Source: Elusimicrobiota bacterium (lineage in GTDB: Bacteria; Elusimicrobiota; Elusimicrobia; F11). From it: DNA of 64,000 bases. The notes under the pieces were generated by a model. It searched no databases and was not told where the DNA came from. It saw only the letters and a program-made list of their open reading frames with translations. This document shows positions 29,101 to 39,251 of the stretch, in pieces. The position numbers were made by a program, and so were the translations under genes. The DNA is taken from NCBI GenBank assembly GCA_044221725.1, contig JBGAON010000002.1, positions 224,001 through 288,000 on the forward strand, read 5' to 3'. How positions within the stretch are numbered: position 1 is the stretch's first letter; each line of letters opens with the position of its first letter.

Positions 29101-30759
29101 TTGAAGCACTTGATCATCTTGGCCTCTGTCACGATCGGATTGGGTTTTTGGGGCCTGTCCTGGGGCCTTCCTTCGGAATCTCGCCGTGAATTGTTTTTAA
29201 AGCCCGCGCTTCGAACGCCGGAGTTCTATGCGCAACTCGAGCGGTTGCGCACCACTCGATACAACGAAATGGGAATGAACAGCGCCGCGTACGCTGGCCG
29301 TCTTCAACGCGAAGGTCAGCAATTTCACGGTCCCACCGATATCTTGTTCTGTTATGGTTCGTACCTCGTGAGAAGCCACGACGCCGATGAACAGCAGACG
29401 CTCGTCGCGGTGTCACGACTCAATCCGCTGAAAGGGAAATGGTACCCGCACGCGTTCTACTACGGTGGAGGGTACATTTATCCGTTGGCGTTTTTTCTCG
29501 GTTTGGGGAAAGTCATCGGTTTTGTGACGTTGGTACCGCAGGTGTCTTTTTACTACGAGCATGCGAACGAAATGGGGAAAATTTTCCTCATGTTGCGCTC
29601 GTGGAGCGTTGTCGGGCTGTTGTTCAGTTGCATGTGTCTGTATGTCTGCGCGAAACAATTTGCGTCGAGATCCGTGGCGTTTTGGTCGAGTTTGTTTTTT
29701 GTTCTTGCACCGGTGAATCTCGCGTTTTCCAAAATCGGCAAGCCGCACACCTGGGGGCCCGGATGGACCCTGCTCGCGATAGGGATGTGCGCCCGATTTA
29801 AAGAGTCGCAGCGAACGCGTGACTTGTTGTTGGCCGCCGCGTTTATGGGATTTGCGATTGGGACGACAACGAGTCAGTGCGTCTTTTTTCCGTTTCTCGT
29901 TTGGGCCATAGGAATGCGCTCTCCAAAATTGTTCGTCGCGCGTTCATTGATGGCGTTTGTGGTGGTTTGCGGCGTTTTCCTCGTTTTGAATCCCACGTTG
30001 CCGTTTCATTTTCAGGATTTCATGGACGAGGTTCGGTTCATCGGTTCGTGGTATCCGTTTAAAGTCCGCATTCCGGCGATATTTGAGTTCGTTTATCACT
30101 CGGTGCTGCCCGCTTTAACGCCGGTGTTGTTTGTTGTCTCGGTGGCCGGATTGGTCGTTGTGATCGCAAACTCGCCGGATCGCAAAGTGCGCCATCTGTT
30201 GTTGTTATTCCTGTTGCCTCTCGCGTTGGTTTCGTTTCAGGTTCAAGCGGCGACCAAGGAGGCCATTCAGATTCGGATATTTCTTTCAGGAGTGGCGTTG
30301 CTGTCTTTTGCGGCCGCGTATTTTTCGTTTCAGTTTTCATGGGGTGTCGCTGTGCGCTGGATTGTTTTGTCGGTGTTGTTCGGGTTTGCCGCGCTTTACA
30401 ATCTTCATTTTGCGTCCGACCGGGCGCCCAACGATAACGCTTCGCTGGCATCAAAATGGATCGCCGCAACGATTCCCGAAGGATCGACTTTTGAAATGTT
30501 TTATTTCATCCCGACGCCCGACCAATTGCCGCCGGTGGATTTTCAGACGTACAAATTTGTCTCGTACCGATCCGGAGAGGCCGGTCAAAAGGGGAATTAT
30601 CTTCTGGTGAACCCGATTGGCATTGATATCGAAAAGGAAGTATTGGCGAAAGGGTACGTGCTCGTGAAGAAGTTTGAAACATCACCGCTGCAGAAGCTTA
30701 AACTCCCGGACTATTTTTCGAACGCGAACTTTCCGGTTCTGATTTATCAGAAAACGTAA
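29101..30759 (+). CDS. GT-C fold membrane glycosyltransferase (ArnT/PMT-like)
   Basis: WGLP, HDADE...WYPHAFYYG loop, many TMs, ASKWIAATIP. Confidence 0.72.
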   Translation: MKHLIILASVTIGLGFWGLSWGLPSESRRELFLKPALRTPEFYAQLERLRTTRYNEMGMNSAAYAGRLQREGQQFHGPTDILFCYGSYLVRSHDADEQQTLVAVSRLNPLKGKWYPHAFYYGGGYIYPLAFFLGLGKVIGFVTLVPQVSFYYEHANEMGKIFLMLRSWSVVGLLFSCMCLYVCAKQFASRSVAFWSSLFFVLAPVNLAFSKIGKPHTWGPGWTLLAIGMCARFKESQRTRDLLLAAAFMGFAIGTTTSQCVFFPFLVWAIGMRSPKLFVARSLMAFVVVCGVFLVLNPTLPFHFQDFMDEVRFIGSWYPFKVRIPAIFEFVYHSVLPALTPVLFVVSVAGLVVVIANSPDRKVRHLLLLFLLPLALVSFQVQAATKEAIQIRIFLSGVALLSFAAAYFSFQFSWGVAVRWIVLSVLFGFAALYNLHFASDRAPNDNASLASKWIAATIPEGSTFEMFYFIPTPDQLPPVDFQTYKFVSYRSGEAGQKGNYLLVNPIGIDIEKEVLAKGYVLVKKFETSPLQKLKLPDYFSNANFPVLIYQKT

Positions 30760-30768
30760 CGCCGACGC

Positions 30769-32226
30769 CTACGGTTTTTCGGCTACGACCACGACCGACA
30801 ATCCAAACGGTGGATCAATATAATCCTCGATTTTTAAAATCTTCACGAGAAAGTCGAACAGCCGAACCTGTCGGCTCGGAAATAATTTCTTCTTCAGCAC
30901 GCGTCCATTAATAAACCAACCAATCGCTCCAAGCATATTTAAGTAGGTGGACTTTTTTACCGTGAGCCCGCTTTCTTCGATAATCTTTGACAGCGATTCT
31001 TTTGAGTAGCGTCGGAAATGTCCCACCTGTTTATCAATGCTCCCATAAAGAAGTTGGTGGGCGGGGACCAAAATGACCAGTCTTCCGCCGGAGGGCAAAA
31101 GGTCCCGAATGTTGCGCAGCGCCTTCCCATGATCCTCAATGTGTTCGAGCACGTTCATCGAGAGCACCGTGTTTGGTTTTAACTGTTCGGCCACGGCACG
31201 CGTTTCGTTATCGAGAAGAAGATCAAGTTTTCTCACGTGGACGTTCGTGAACATTCGGAACTTCCGTTTCAAATCGTCGAGATAAAACTCTTCGAGATCT
31301 GTTGCGACGACCGATTCCGATTCGAGCAAGAACGTGGTGATGTTCCCTGTCCCGGATCCGGTTTCGAGCACGCGCGTGCCGACGTCTGGCAAAACCTTTT
31401 TGGCGAGCCAGCTGTTGTATGCGCTTGCACCCTCCATGATACGGAGCGCTCGCCACACGGCCGTGTTCTCAAACAAGTCATCGATCAGCCAGTATTTGAT
31501 AATCGTGAAGAGCACAAGAATTCCGTCAAACCACGTCGATTTTTTCCCTTCGGTGGCGGTTCGGCCGTTGAACGAAATGGGGACTTCGTAAATGGCGCAG
31601 CGAAGTTTGCTGATCTTCGCCGTGATCTCCGGCTCGATGCCGAACCGATTCGAACGCAGATTAATGCTTTTCATGATGTCGGTTTTGAACATCTTGTAAC
31701 CCGTCACCATGTCGGTGAGTCCAAGATCCGTAAAAATATTCGAGATAAACGTGATGATCTTGTTGCTCATGATGTTCGAGAAAGAGAGAACGCGTCGGCT
31801 TTCGCCGAGGAAGCGCGAGCCGTACACCACGTCCGCCTGTCCGAGAAGAATCGGCTCCATCAATCTTCCGTATTCGCTCGGATCGTATTCCAGATCGGCG
31901 TCTTGGATGATCAGAAGATTCCCGGTCGCTTCTTTAAGCCCGGCGCGAATCGCTGCGCCTTTTCCCTGGTTCGTCGGGTGATAAATGAATTTAAAAGCAA
32001 TGGACGCTCTTGAGCTTTGCGGAACAATTGAGTGATCGCTCTGGAATTTTTTTAGCCACACTTGGGTACCGTCCGTCGATCCGTCGTCCACAAGAATGAC
32101 TTCCATCGGCCACTCGAGCACGCCGATCTTCTCGAGAAGCTGGGGAAGAAATATTTTTTCGTTGTAAACCGGGATGATCACCGACAAAAGTCGGAGCGGC
32201 GGGAGTTCCATCGTTTCAGTTGGCAT
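30769..32226 (-). CDS. Fusion of DPM-synthase-like GT2 and class I SAM methyltransferase
   Basis: IIPVYNE, DDGSTD, QDADLEY; then VLETGSGTG and NVLEHI. Confidence 0.88.
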   Translation of the reverse strand: MPTETMELPPLRLLSVIIPVYNEKIFLPQLLEKIGVLEWPMEVILVDDGSTDGTQVWLKKFQSDHSIVPQSSRASIAFKFIYHPTNQGKGAAIRAGLKEATGNLLIIQDADLEYDPSEYGRLMEPILLGQADVVYGSRFLGESRRVLSFSNIMSNKIITFISNIFTDLGLTDMVTGYKMFKTDIMKSINLRSNRFGIEPEITAKISKLRCAIYEVPISFNGRTATEGKKSTWFDGILVLFTIIKYWLIDDLFENTAVWRALRIMEGASAYNSWLAKKVLPDVGTRVLETGSGTGNITTFLLESESVVATDLEEFYLDDLKRKFRMFTNVHVRKLDLLLDNETRAVAEQLKPNTVLSMNVLEHIEDHGKALRNIRDLLPSGGRLVILVPAHQLLYGSIDKQVGHFRRYSKESLSKIIEESGLTVKKSTYLNMLGAIGWFINGRVLKKKLFPSRQVRLFDFLVKILKIEDYIDPPFGLSVVVVAEKP

Positions 32227-33575
32227 TAGAGCGCAGCGTCATAACTCTTAGAATTTTTGACCGTAGACTTTAACTTTGCAAGCCCCAGGCCAGCGAAAAG
32301 AAAAATACTGGGCATGAGTGGTATGCGGTAACGAGCGCCCGTTCCAAATCCGATGCTCACCACAAAGAAATACGCCGCGGTTCCGAGCAACCAAAAGAAA
32401 ATCTCTCGATGATCGTGCCACGCAGAGAAAAGCCCGACGAGAGCTAACAAATAGAGCATTCCGAGATACGTCAAATAAATCATTAGCGATGCACCAAGGA
32501 TTTTGTGTCGGGCCCAAAGATTCGAAACTTGCGAGAAGTTGCTGTCTTTCGGATGAACTTCAACTTCGGCCGGATTGTAGCGTCGGTCTTTAAAAAACAT
32601 CCACGCCGATGCTTTCATTCCGTTTCCCGCAATCAGTCGGATCGATTCTTGGAACAGCACGATGGCGTAATCTTTTGGATGGCGGAGAACGTACCGAGAC
32701 GCCCATAAACTTTTTTCGATGGATTCATCGGCGCCCGGAGCGGGATTGGGATGTTCGTCGCGAAATAGCCTTTCCACCCTTTCGCACGCTTGGGGATACG
32801 TAAGATTGCTTAATCGTTCTTCGAGAATCACCGCGCGCGTTAGGCCTTGAATCGTGGATATGGTGAAGGAACCAGAAACGGCTTTGTTCCGAGCCATCCA
32901 CCCCATGGGAAGCAACGCGGCCGCGATGACAAACAAAACAGCGTGTTGGAAAGCATCGCGCAGATTTTTGCGAATTCCAAGGATGCCGATGATGCCGAGG
33001 GGAATAGCGAAATAATAAATGCTGACAGGGCGAACCATCGTGCACACGCCGGACAAAAATCCAGAAAAAAGGAGGGCGCCCATTCGTTCGTTTGGTTTCT
33101 CGAGAAAACGCGCAAACAAATAAAACATAAAAACCAAAAGAAAAAGGAACAGCGCTTCGGTCATAATCAACGATGAATAGACGATGATGACGTAATCACA
33201 CGCCATCGCGAACGCAATCAATGATGCGGACAGCGAATCCGTTCCGAGGGAGCGGGCGGTCAAAAATAGAATTCCAACGGCGATGGCTCCGAGAATCGCT
33301 TGAATCCAAGTAATGAGAATGACGTTTGGATTTTTTAGTGCCGATACGATGGCGATAAAGACGGGGTACCCGGGCGTTCGTTCCGTATCGATTTTCAGGG
33401 GAACGGTATCCGACTGAGAGAAAACACGTTGAGACACCAGGTTTTTTGTTAGGAGCAAATAACCAACGCTGTCGTTCGTTTGATACTTGTCGGGCGACGG
33501 CCCCACGGCCAACAAGAAGGCGGCTCGTAGCAAAAAAGCACATCCGACCAGCATCAGAAAGCGCCGAGCGTTCAT
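32226..33575 (-). CDS. GT-C fold membrane glycosyltransferase (ArnT-like)
   Basis: NDSVGY, RTPGYP, MTEALF, VRP, ARYRIP and multiple TMs. Confidence 0.75.
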   Translation of the reverse strand: MNARRFLMLVGCAFLLRAAFLLAVGPSPDKYQTNDSVGYLLLTKNLVSQRVFSQSDTVPLKIDTERTPGYPVFIAIVSALKNPNVILITWIQAILGAIAVGILFLTARSLGTDSLSASLIAFAMACDYVIIVYSSLIMTEALFLFLLVFMFYLFARFLEKPNERMGALLFSGFLSGVCTMVRPVSIYYFAIPLGIIGILGIRKNLRDAFQHAVLFVIAAALLPMGWMARNKAVSGSFTISTIQGLTRAVILEERLSNLTYPQACERVERLFRDEHPNPAPGADESIEKSLWASRYVLRHPKDYAIVLFQESIRLIAGNGMKASAWMFFKDRRYNPAEVEVHPKDSNFSQVSNLWARHKILGASLMIYLTYLGMLYLLALVGLFSAWHDHREIFFWLLGTAAYFFVVSIGFGTGARYRIPLMPSIFLFAGLGLAKLKSTVKNSKSYDAAL

Positions 33576-33599
33576 GCCTGGGCTTTATTTCCCGGATTG

Positions 33600-33628
33600 T
33601 TGACTTTCAGCGGATATCCCTGTATATT
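33600..33628 (+). promoter_or_regulatory. Putative sigma70 promoter in the divergent intergenic region
   Basis: TTGACT (33600-33605), 17-nt spacer, TATATT (33623-33628); each hexamer 5/6 consensus. Confidence 0.7.
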
Positions 33629-33669
33629 TTTTTCACATGGCAATTATGCTTGATTTTTAAATACAAATC

Positions 33670-35181
33670 ATGACACCGATCTGCCTCATCATACCGCCTT
33701 CTCCGTTTTTACTCGACGAACGCGTTTTCATGACGTTGGGCCTGCTGCGGATTGCGGCCGTGCTTGAAAATTCCGGTCATTCCGTTGAACTTGTGGACCT
33801 TTCGGGAATCGAAAACTTCATTGAAGCGATTGAATGTCACGCGAAACAAACGCCAGGCGCCATCTTCGGACTGACCTCGACAACGCCGCAAATGCCGGCC
33901 GCCACTCGCATCGCCGAAACGATTCGCAAGGTGCGGCCGGACGCGAAATTGATTCTCGGTGGTCCTCATCCAACGTTGGTGCACGCCGCTTACCGCAAGG
34001 AAGTGCTAAAGAAACAATCCGGCCGCGCGACGTTTGCGATGGACAATTTGCTGAAGTTGTTTGATACGGTCGTGGCGGGCGACGGCGAAGAAGCTATTTT
34101 CTTGGCCATCGAGCCAACCGCTCCGAAATTGATTAATGCGGATGATCCAAAGTCCCAGCTTTTTCTTAGTAATCAACGGCTCAACGAACTTCCTTTTCCA
34201 GCGCGCCATCTCGTGGATGTTAATAGCTACCACTATTCAATCGAAGGTGAGCGCGCGCTCAGTATGATTGCGCAACTTGGATGTCCATTTGCGTGCGGGT
34301 TCTGCGGTGGGCGCGAGTCTGCGATGCTCAGACGGGTGCGCATGCGCACCACCAAAAGTGTTATCGATGAAATGAGAAGCCTCTATCAAACTTACGGTGT
34401 GCGCGGGTTCATGTTGTACGACGACGAGCTGAATGTAAATCCGCAGATGATCGAACTTATGAACGGCATCGCCGACTTACAGAAGCAATTGGGAGTGAAT
34501 TTTCAGTTGCGCGGATTCATTAAGTCGCAGTTGTTCAACGACGCTCAAGCGGAGGCCATGGTGCGCGCGGGTTTTCGTTGGATTTTAACCGGCTTCGAAT
34601 CCGGATCTCCGCGCATCCTGGAAAACATAAATAAGCGCGCCACGCGCGAAGAGAATACGCGTTGTCTCAATATTGCGCACAAGCACGGACTTAAGGTGAA
34701 GGCGCTCATGTCGATGGGCCATCCGGGCGAGACCATTGAAACGATAAAAGAAACTCAAAACTGGTTGCTTGAGACCAAACCCGACGATTTCGATCTCACC
34801 ATTATCACGACCTACCCGGGAACGCCGTATTACGACCAAGCGGTTCGCGATCCCAACAATCCTTCTGTGTGGGTGTACACGTTCGAGAAAAACGGTGATA
34901 AATTGTACAGCTATGAAGTCGATTACATGAAAGTGGCGGATTACTACAAAGGCGATCCTGATGGCGGTTACAAATCCTACGTTTATACGGATGCGCTCTC
35001 GGCGGACGAACTGGTTTACTGGCGAGACAAGGTGGAGCGCGACGTGCGCGCCGCGCTCAAGATTCCGTTTAATGCGAGCAAGCCGGCGGCTCGGTTTGAA
35101 CATTCGATGGGCCAGTTTGGATTGCCGCCCACGATTCTTCGAACATCAGCAAACCCGTCGATGCTGCGAAAAGCCCAGTAA
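33670..35181 (+). CDS. B12-binding-domain radical SAM protein
   Basis: LGLLRIAAVL, ILGGPHPT, GDGE, GCPFACGFC, YDDE, GFESGS, YPGT. Confidence 0.9.
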   Translation: MTPICLIIPPSPFLLDERVFMTLGLLRIAAVLENSGHSVELVDLSGIENFIEAIECHAKQTPGAIFGLTSTTPQMPAATRIAETIRKVRPDAKLILGGPHPTLVHAAYRKEVLKKQSGRATFAMDNLLKLFDTVVAGDGEEAIFLAIEPTAPKLINADDPKSQLFLSNQRLNELPFPARHLVDVNSYHYSIEGERALSMIAQLGCPFACGFCGGRESAMLRRVRMRTTKSVIDEMRSLYQTYGVRGFMLYDDELNVNPQMIELMNGIADLQKQLGVNFQLRGFIKSQLFNDAQAEAMVRAGFRWILTGFESGSPRILENINKRATREENTRCLNIAHKHGLKVKALMSMGHPGETIETIKETQNWLLETKPDDFDLTIITTYPGTPYYDQAVRDPNNPSVWVYTFEKNGDKLYSYEVDYMKVADYYKGDPDGGYKSYVYTDALSADELVYWRDKVERDVRAALKIPFNASKPAARFEHSMGQFGLPPTILRTSANPSMLRKAQ

Positions 35182-35930
35182 TGCTTTCGCTCATTATTCC
35201 TGTCTACAACGAAGCGGCCACACTTCCAGAAATTTGGGACATCTTGCAGGGGATTTCTTGGCCGTTTGAAGTCGAATTCATTGTTGTGGATGATGGTTCG
35301 AATGACGGCTCCGCGGCGGTAATCAAATCCCTGCGCGCCCGCCGGTTAAAAACAATTTTCCAGCCGACGAATCAAGGGAAAACGGCCGCCATTCTTGCGG
35401 GAATTGCCGCCTCCGAAGGCACCGTCATTGCGGTTCAGGATGCCGACTTGGAATACGATCCGCACGACTTGATTCGTGTTGTGCAGCCCGTCATCGACAA
35501 CAAGGCCGATGCGGTTTACGGTTCGCGCTTCAAACAATCCGGCGATCAAATTCAACGCACCTATCACCGCATTGGTGTGCGCCTGCTCACGTATTTTTCG
35601 AATCTGTGCACCGGAATCTATTTAACCGATCTCGAAGGGTGCTACAAAGCGTGGCGGACTGACTTGTTAAAGAATGTCATTGTCGCCTCCTCCGGTTTTG
35701 ATTTTGATCCCGAGGTTACAGCGAAAATTGCGAAGCTTCGGCTTCGCATGCACGAGGTCCACATTGCGTACTATCCGCGCGTTTATTCGGAGGGGAAGAA
35801 GATAAAGTTTTCCGACGGCATCACGGCCGGTTGGAGCCTCATTAAATACAGTTTTCTCACGCCTTTCGAAAAATGTTTTCGCCCCACGCTTCCCGAGCGG
35901 TATTTGTTTCCTTCTCAAAAAAGAGGTTAA
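35181..35930 (+). CDS. GT2, DPM-synthase-like
   Basis: IIPVYNE, DDGSND, QDADLEYDP, YGSRF, EGKKI. Confidence 0.9.
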   Translation: MLSLIIPVYNEAATLPEIWDILQGISWPFEVEFIVVDDGSNDGSAAVIKSLRARRLKTIFQPTNQGKTAAILAGIAASEGTVIAVQDADLEYDPHDLIRVVQPVIDNKADAVYGSRFKQSGDQIQRTYHRIGVRLLTYFSNLCTGIYLTDLEGCYKAWRTDLLKNVIVASSGFDFDPEVTAKIAKLRLRMHEVHIAYYPRVYSEGKKIKFSDGITAGWSLIKYSFLTPFEKCFRPTLPERYLFPSQKRG

Positions 35931-35935
35931 GGTCG

Positions 35936-36757
35936 GTGTCCGTGCTCAATTTCCTTCCCGATCTCAAATACAAATGCGCGCGATTCGTCGAAAACCGCCC
36001 GCTTTTGTCGAACGCCATCTACAACAATGTTTCGCGATTTAAATTTTTGTTTCCACACGAGAAGGACTACCATGGCATCCGTTTCTTCTGCCAAAGCTCC
36101 CCCGACACCGACTTCATTGATATCGGCGCAAACATTGGACTCTCGGCAATCGGTTTTCGAAAGCTCGGGTTCGAGAATCCGATGCAGTTGTTTGAAGCGA
36201 ACCCGTATCTTGCTGGATTTCTTGATCGTCTCGCAAAAGAGGACCGGGGCCTCCACGTGCACCAACTGGCGCTGGGCGCTGACAACAAACAGTTGTCTCT
36301 GTTTCTTGCGTACTACCGCGGCACTTGCCTGCACACGTTTTCGAGTTTTAATAGAGAATTTATCGAGCAATCGTTGCGACGAAGCTATCCGGAAAAATTT
36401 CGAGAGGTGGAGATTCGTGAGGTCGCCGTTCCGGTGCGGCGTTTTGACGATATTGGGTTTGAGCGGCCACCGCAGTTCATTAAAATCGATGTCGAAGGTT
36501 TTGAGCACGAGATTTTGCAAGGCATGACGCGCACGATCGAAAAATATCGGCCGGTGTTTCTCATCGAATACAACGCCTCGAATTTTTCTAAGGTTTTTGA
36601 AATGTTGAAAGCCCATTACGCGGTGTATGTTTATGAATTCAAAAACGATCGTGTTCGGCCGATTTCTGCGGAGGAGTTGCCACGATTGACCGACAGCAAT
36701 TATTTGTCTCATATCCGGAATGTTTTCTACGTGCCAAAAAAAAGAAATGAAAACTAA
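35936..36757 (+). CDS. FkbM-family methyltransferase
   Basis: DIGANIG, FEAN, IKIDVEGFE. Confidence 0.88.
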   Translation: MSVLNFLPDLKYKCARFVENRPLLSNAIYNNVSRFKFLFPHEKDYHGIRFFCQSSPDTDFIDIGANIGLSAIGFRKLGFENPMQLFEANPYLAGFLDRLAKEDRGLHVHQLALGADNKQLSLFLAYYRGTCLHTFSSFNREFIEQSLRRSYPEKFREVEIREVAVPVRRFDDIGFERPPQFIKIDVEGFEHEILQGMTRTIEKYRPVFLIEYNASNFSKVFEMLKAHYAVYVYEFKNDRVRPISAEELPRLTDSNYLSHIRNVFYVPKKRNEN

Positions 36758-37286
36758 AAAAATAAACGACGAAGTGCTTTCGGTTGAAGATCCGATTCTG
36801 TGGATGTCGCGCAAGGATGTGCACGATCTCGTTTACCTTGCGCAAAAAAATCCACGAAAACGAATTCGCATCTGCGCGCATCGACAAGATTCTGAAAAGC
36901 ATCAGGAAATGTTTATCGTGCATATGAAGGGGGCGTATGTGCGTCCGCACCGGCACACAAGCCGAGCCGAGTCGTTCACGGTGTTGGAAGGCGTGGTTGA
37001 CGTCGTCATGTTTGACGAAAAAGGAAATATCGCGAACGTGATCCGCATGTCGGATTTTGCTTCCGGGTTTCCGTTCTATTACCGCATCGCTGAGCCGGTA
37101 TTCCATACGCTTATTATTCGGTCGGACTATTTGTTATTTAAGGAAAGCACGTCCGGGCCTTTCGTGCGCGAACAAACGGAATTTGCGCCCTGGGCGCCGG
37201 CCGACAATCAAGCGGCCGAGGTCGTGGCGTACAACGAACGGTTGAATGAAGAAATTGAACCGTTGCTAAAGGAAACTAAGAAATGA
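36747..37286 (+). CDS. wbuC: WbuC-family cupin-fold metalloprotein
   Basis: PRKRIRICAH, HQEM, YVRPHRH, FHT, ESTSGPF, FAPWAP. Confidence 0.85.
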   Translation: MKTKKINDEVLSVEDPILWMSRKDVHDLVYLAQKNPRKRIRICAHRQDSEKHQEMFIVHMKGAYVRPHRHTSRAESFTVLEGVVDVVMFDEKGNIANVIRMSDFASGFPFYYRIAEPVFHTLIIRSDYLLFKESTSGPFVREQTEFAPWAPADNQAAEVVAYNERLNEEIEPLLKETKK

Positions 37287-38014
37287 AATCGCAGCTGCAC
37301 ACTTTAATCGTTGGCGGAACAAAAGGGTTGGGGCGTGCCATTGCTGCGCACATCGCATCGACCGGGCATCGCGTTTCGATTATTTCGCGCAATCCTTCCG
37401 CGAAGAACGTTTCAAAAAACATACTTTGGTCGCACGCTGATATTGCGGAGCACAAATCCGTTCGTGCGGCGCTCCAAGAAATTGCGCACGCGAACGGCCC
37501 GCTGGACAATATCGTGCTCACACAGCGTTTCCGCGGAACGGACGACGTTTGGGCCGGCGAGATCGATGCAACAATTACGGGCACGCGCAATGTGATCGAG
37601 GTCGGTGCTGATTTTTTTAAGAAGAACGGAACAAAATCAATTGTTGTGGTGGGATCGGTTGCCGGTCGCGCGATCGTGGATGACCAGCCGGCGTCGTACC
37701 ACATGGCGAAGGCCGCGCAAGATCAACTGGTTCGCTATTACGCCGTGACGCTGGGAAAAGAGCAAATCCGCGTAAACGGAATCACGCCGTGCGCGTTTGT
37801 TAAGGAAGAATCGCGCAAACATTACGGCCAAAAACAGTTTCAAGATTTTTATCGGAAAATGGCGCCGCTTGGCCGCATGGTCACTGCCAGCGATTTGAGC
37901 GCGCTCGTGGAATTTCTCACAAGTCCTTCCTGCTTTCTCACGGGGCAAATTATTACGATCGATGGCGGAATTTCGCTGTTGTGGCCCGAAGCCGCCGCGC
38001 GGAGAGTTCGGTGA
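37283..38014 (+). CDS. Short-chain dehydrogenase/reductase
   Basis: GGTKGLG, YHMAK, IRVNGITP, LTGQIITIDGG. Confidence 0.9.
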   Translation: MKSQLHTLIVGGTKGLGRAIAAHIASTGHRVSIISRNPSAKNVSKNILWSHADIAEHKSVRAALQEIAHANGPLDNIVLTQRFRGTDDVWAGEIDATITGTRNVIEVGADFFKKNGTKSIVVVGSVAGRAIVDDQPASYHMAKAAQDQLVRYYAVTLGKEQIRVNGITPCAFVKEESRKHYGQKQFQDFYRKMAPLGRMVTASDLSALVEFLTSPSCFLTGQIITIDGGISLLWPEAAARRVR

Positions 38015-39249
38015 AATTCCATCGCAAGAGAGAAACGTGCCGATTGTGTGATTCCAAAAATCTCGAACTCGTGATTCATTTGAATCCGATTCCGGCCGCT
38101 GATCGGTACGTGTCGGCCGATCAGAAAGGAAAGCCGCAGGAGTTGTATCCACTCGATTTGTATTTGTGTCTGACGTGCGGTCACGCGCAATTGTTGGATG
38201 TTGTCGAGGCCAGCGAATTGTTCCGGGACTACCTTTACATGACGTCGACATCGTTGGGTCTCGTGGAGCATTTCAAGAATTACGCCAACGAGGTTTGTTC
38301 GGCGTTTCCGTTTGCGAAGGATTCGCGCGTGGTGGAAATCGGCAGCAACGAGGGCGTTTTGCTTAACTTCTTCAAGCAAAAAGGGTTTCGCGTGCTGGGC
38401 GTGGATCCGGCGAAGCAGATCGCCGAAAAGGCGACGGGCGCGGGACTTGAGACGTGGCCCGAATTCTTTACGAAAGCGATTGCCGAAAAAATCCGCAACG
38501 AGCGCGGAGCCGCTGCGATTGTTGCGGCCAATAACGTGTTTGCGCACAACGACGATTTGGCCGGCATGGCCGACGGCGTCCGTTTGCTGCTCCAGCCGGA
38601 CGGCATATTTGTGTTCGAAGCAAACTATCTTGGCGATCTCGTCGAGAAAAAGCTCTTCGATATTATTTATCACGAGCATTTGAGTTATCACTCGGTGAAA
38701 CCGCTGCAGTCGTTCCTTGCTCGCCACGGTCTGGAACTCATTCACGTAAAGCGCGTGCCGACGAAAGTAGGATCCATTCGTTGTGTCGCGCAGCTCGCCA
38801 ACGGGCCGCGCAAACGCGACCAAAGCGTTGATGCGTTGCTCGCGTTTGAAAAAGAACGCAAATTGGACCGCCCGGAGACATTTCGCGCGCTGGATCGTGA
38901 ATTGCAAAAAATGCGTGCCCGCATGAACGAGTTGATTGCGGGTCTTAAAAAAGAGGGGAAGAAAATAGCCGGGTACGGCGCGGCTCCGAGCTCGACAACG
39001 CTTATTTATTTCTTCGGCCTTCAGCCGGTGATGGATTTTATTGTGGACGATAATCCTCTCAAGCAGGGCCGTTTTTCACCTGGTTGTCATTTGCCGGTGA
39101 TCCCGTCGGACAATCTCGTGAAGCTAAAACCCGATTATGTTATTGTCCTCGCGTGGCCCTACATCCATACAATTGTCGAGAGAAATAAAATTTATCGCGA
39201 CCAGGGTGGAAAATTCATTGTGCCGTTGCCCGACGTGAGCGTCATTTAA
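38011..39249 (+). CDS. NDP-sugar C-methyltransferase family protein
   Basis: CRLC...CLTCGHAQL Zn site, EIGSNEG, YHEHLSY, GYGA, LAWPY. Confidence 0.85.
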   Translation: MKFHRKRETCRLCDSKNLELVIHLNPIPAADRYVSADQKGKPQELYPLDLYLCLTCGHAQLLDVVEASELFRDYLYMTSTSLGLVEHFKNYANEVCSAFPFAKDSRVVEIGSNEGVLLNFFKQKGFRVLGVDPAKQIAEKATGAGLETWPEFFTKAIAEKIRNERGAAAIVAANNVFAHNDDLAGMADGVRLLLQPDGIFVFEANYLGDLVEKKLFDIIYHEHLSYHSVKPLQSFLARHGLELIHVKRVPTKVGSIRCVAQLANGPRKRDQSVDALLAFEKERKLDRPETFRALDRELQKMRARMNELIAGLKKEGKKIAGYGAAPSSTTLIYFFGLQPVMDFIVDDNPLKQGRFSPGCHLPVIPSDNLVKLKPDYVIVLAWPYIHTIVERNKIYRDQGGKFIVPLPDVSVI

Positions 39250-39251
39250 CG

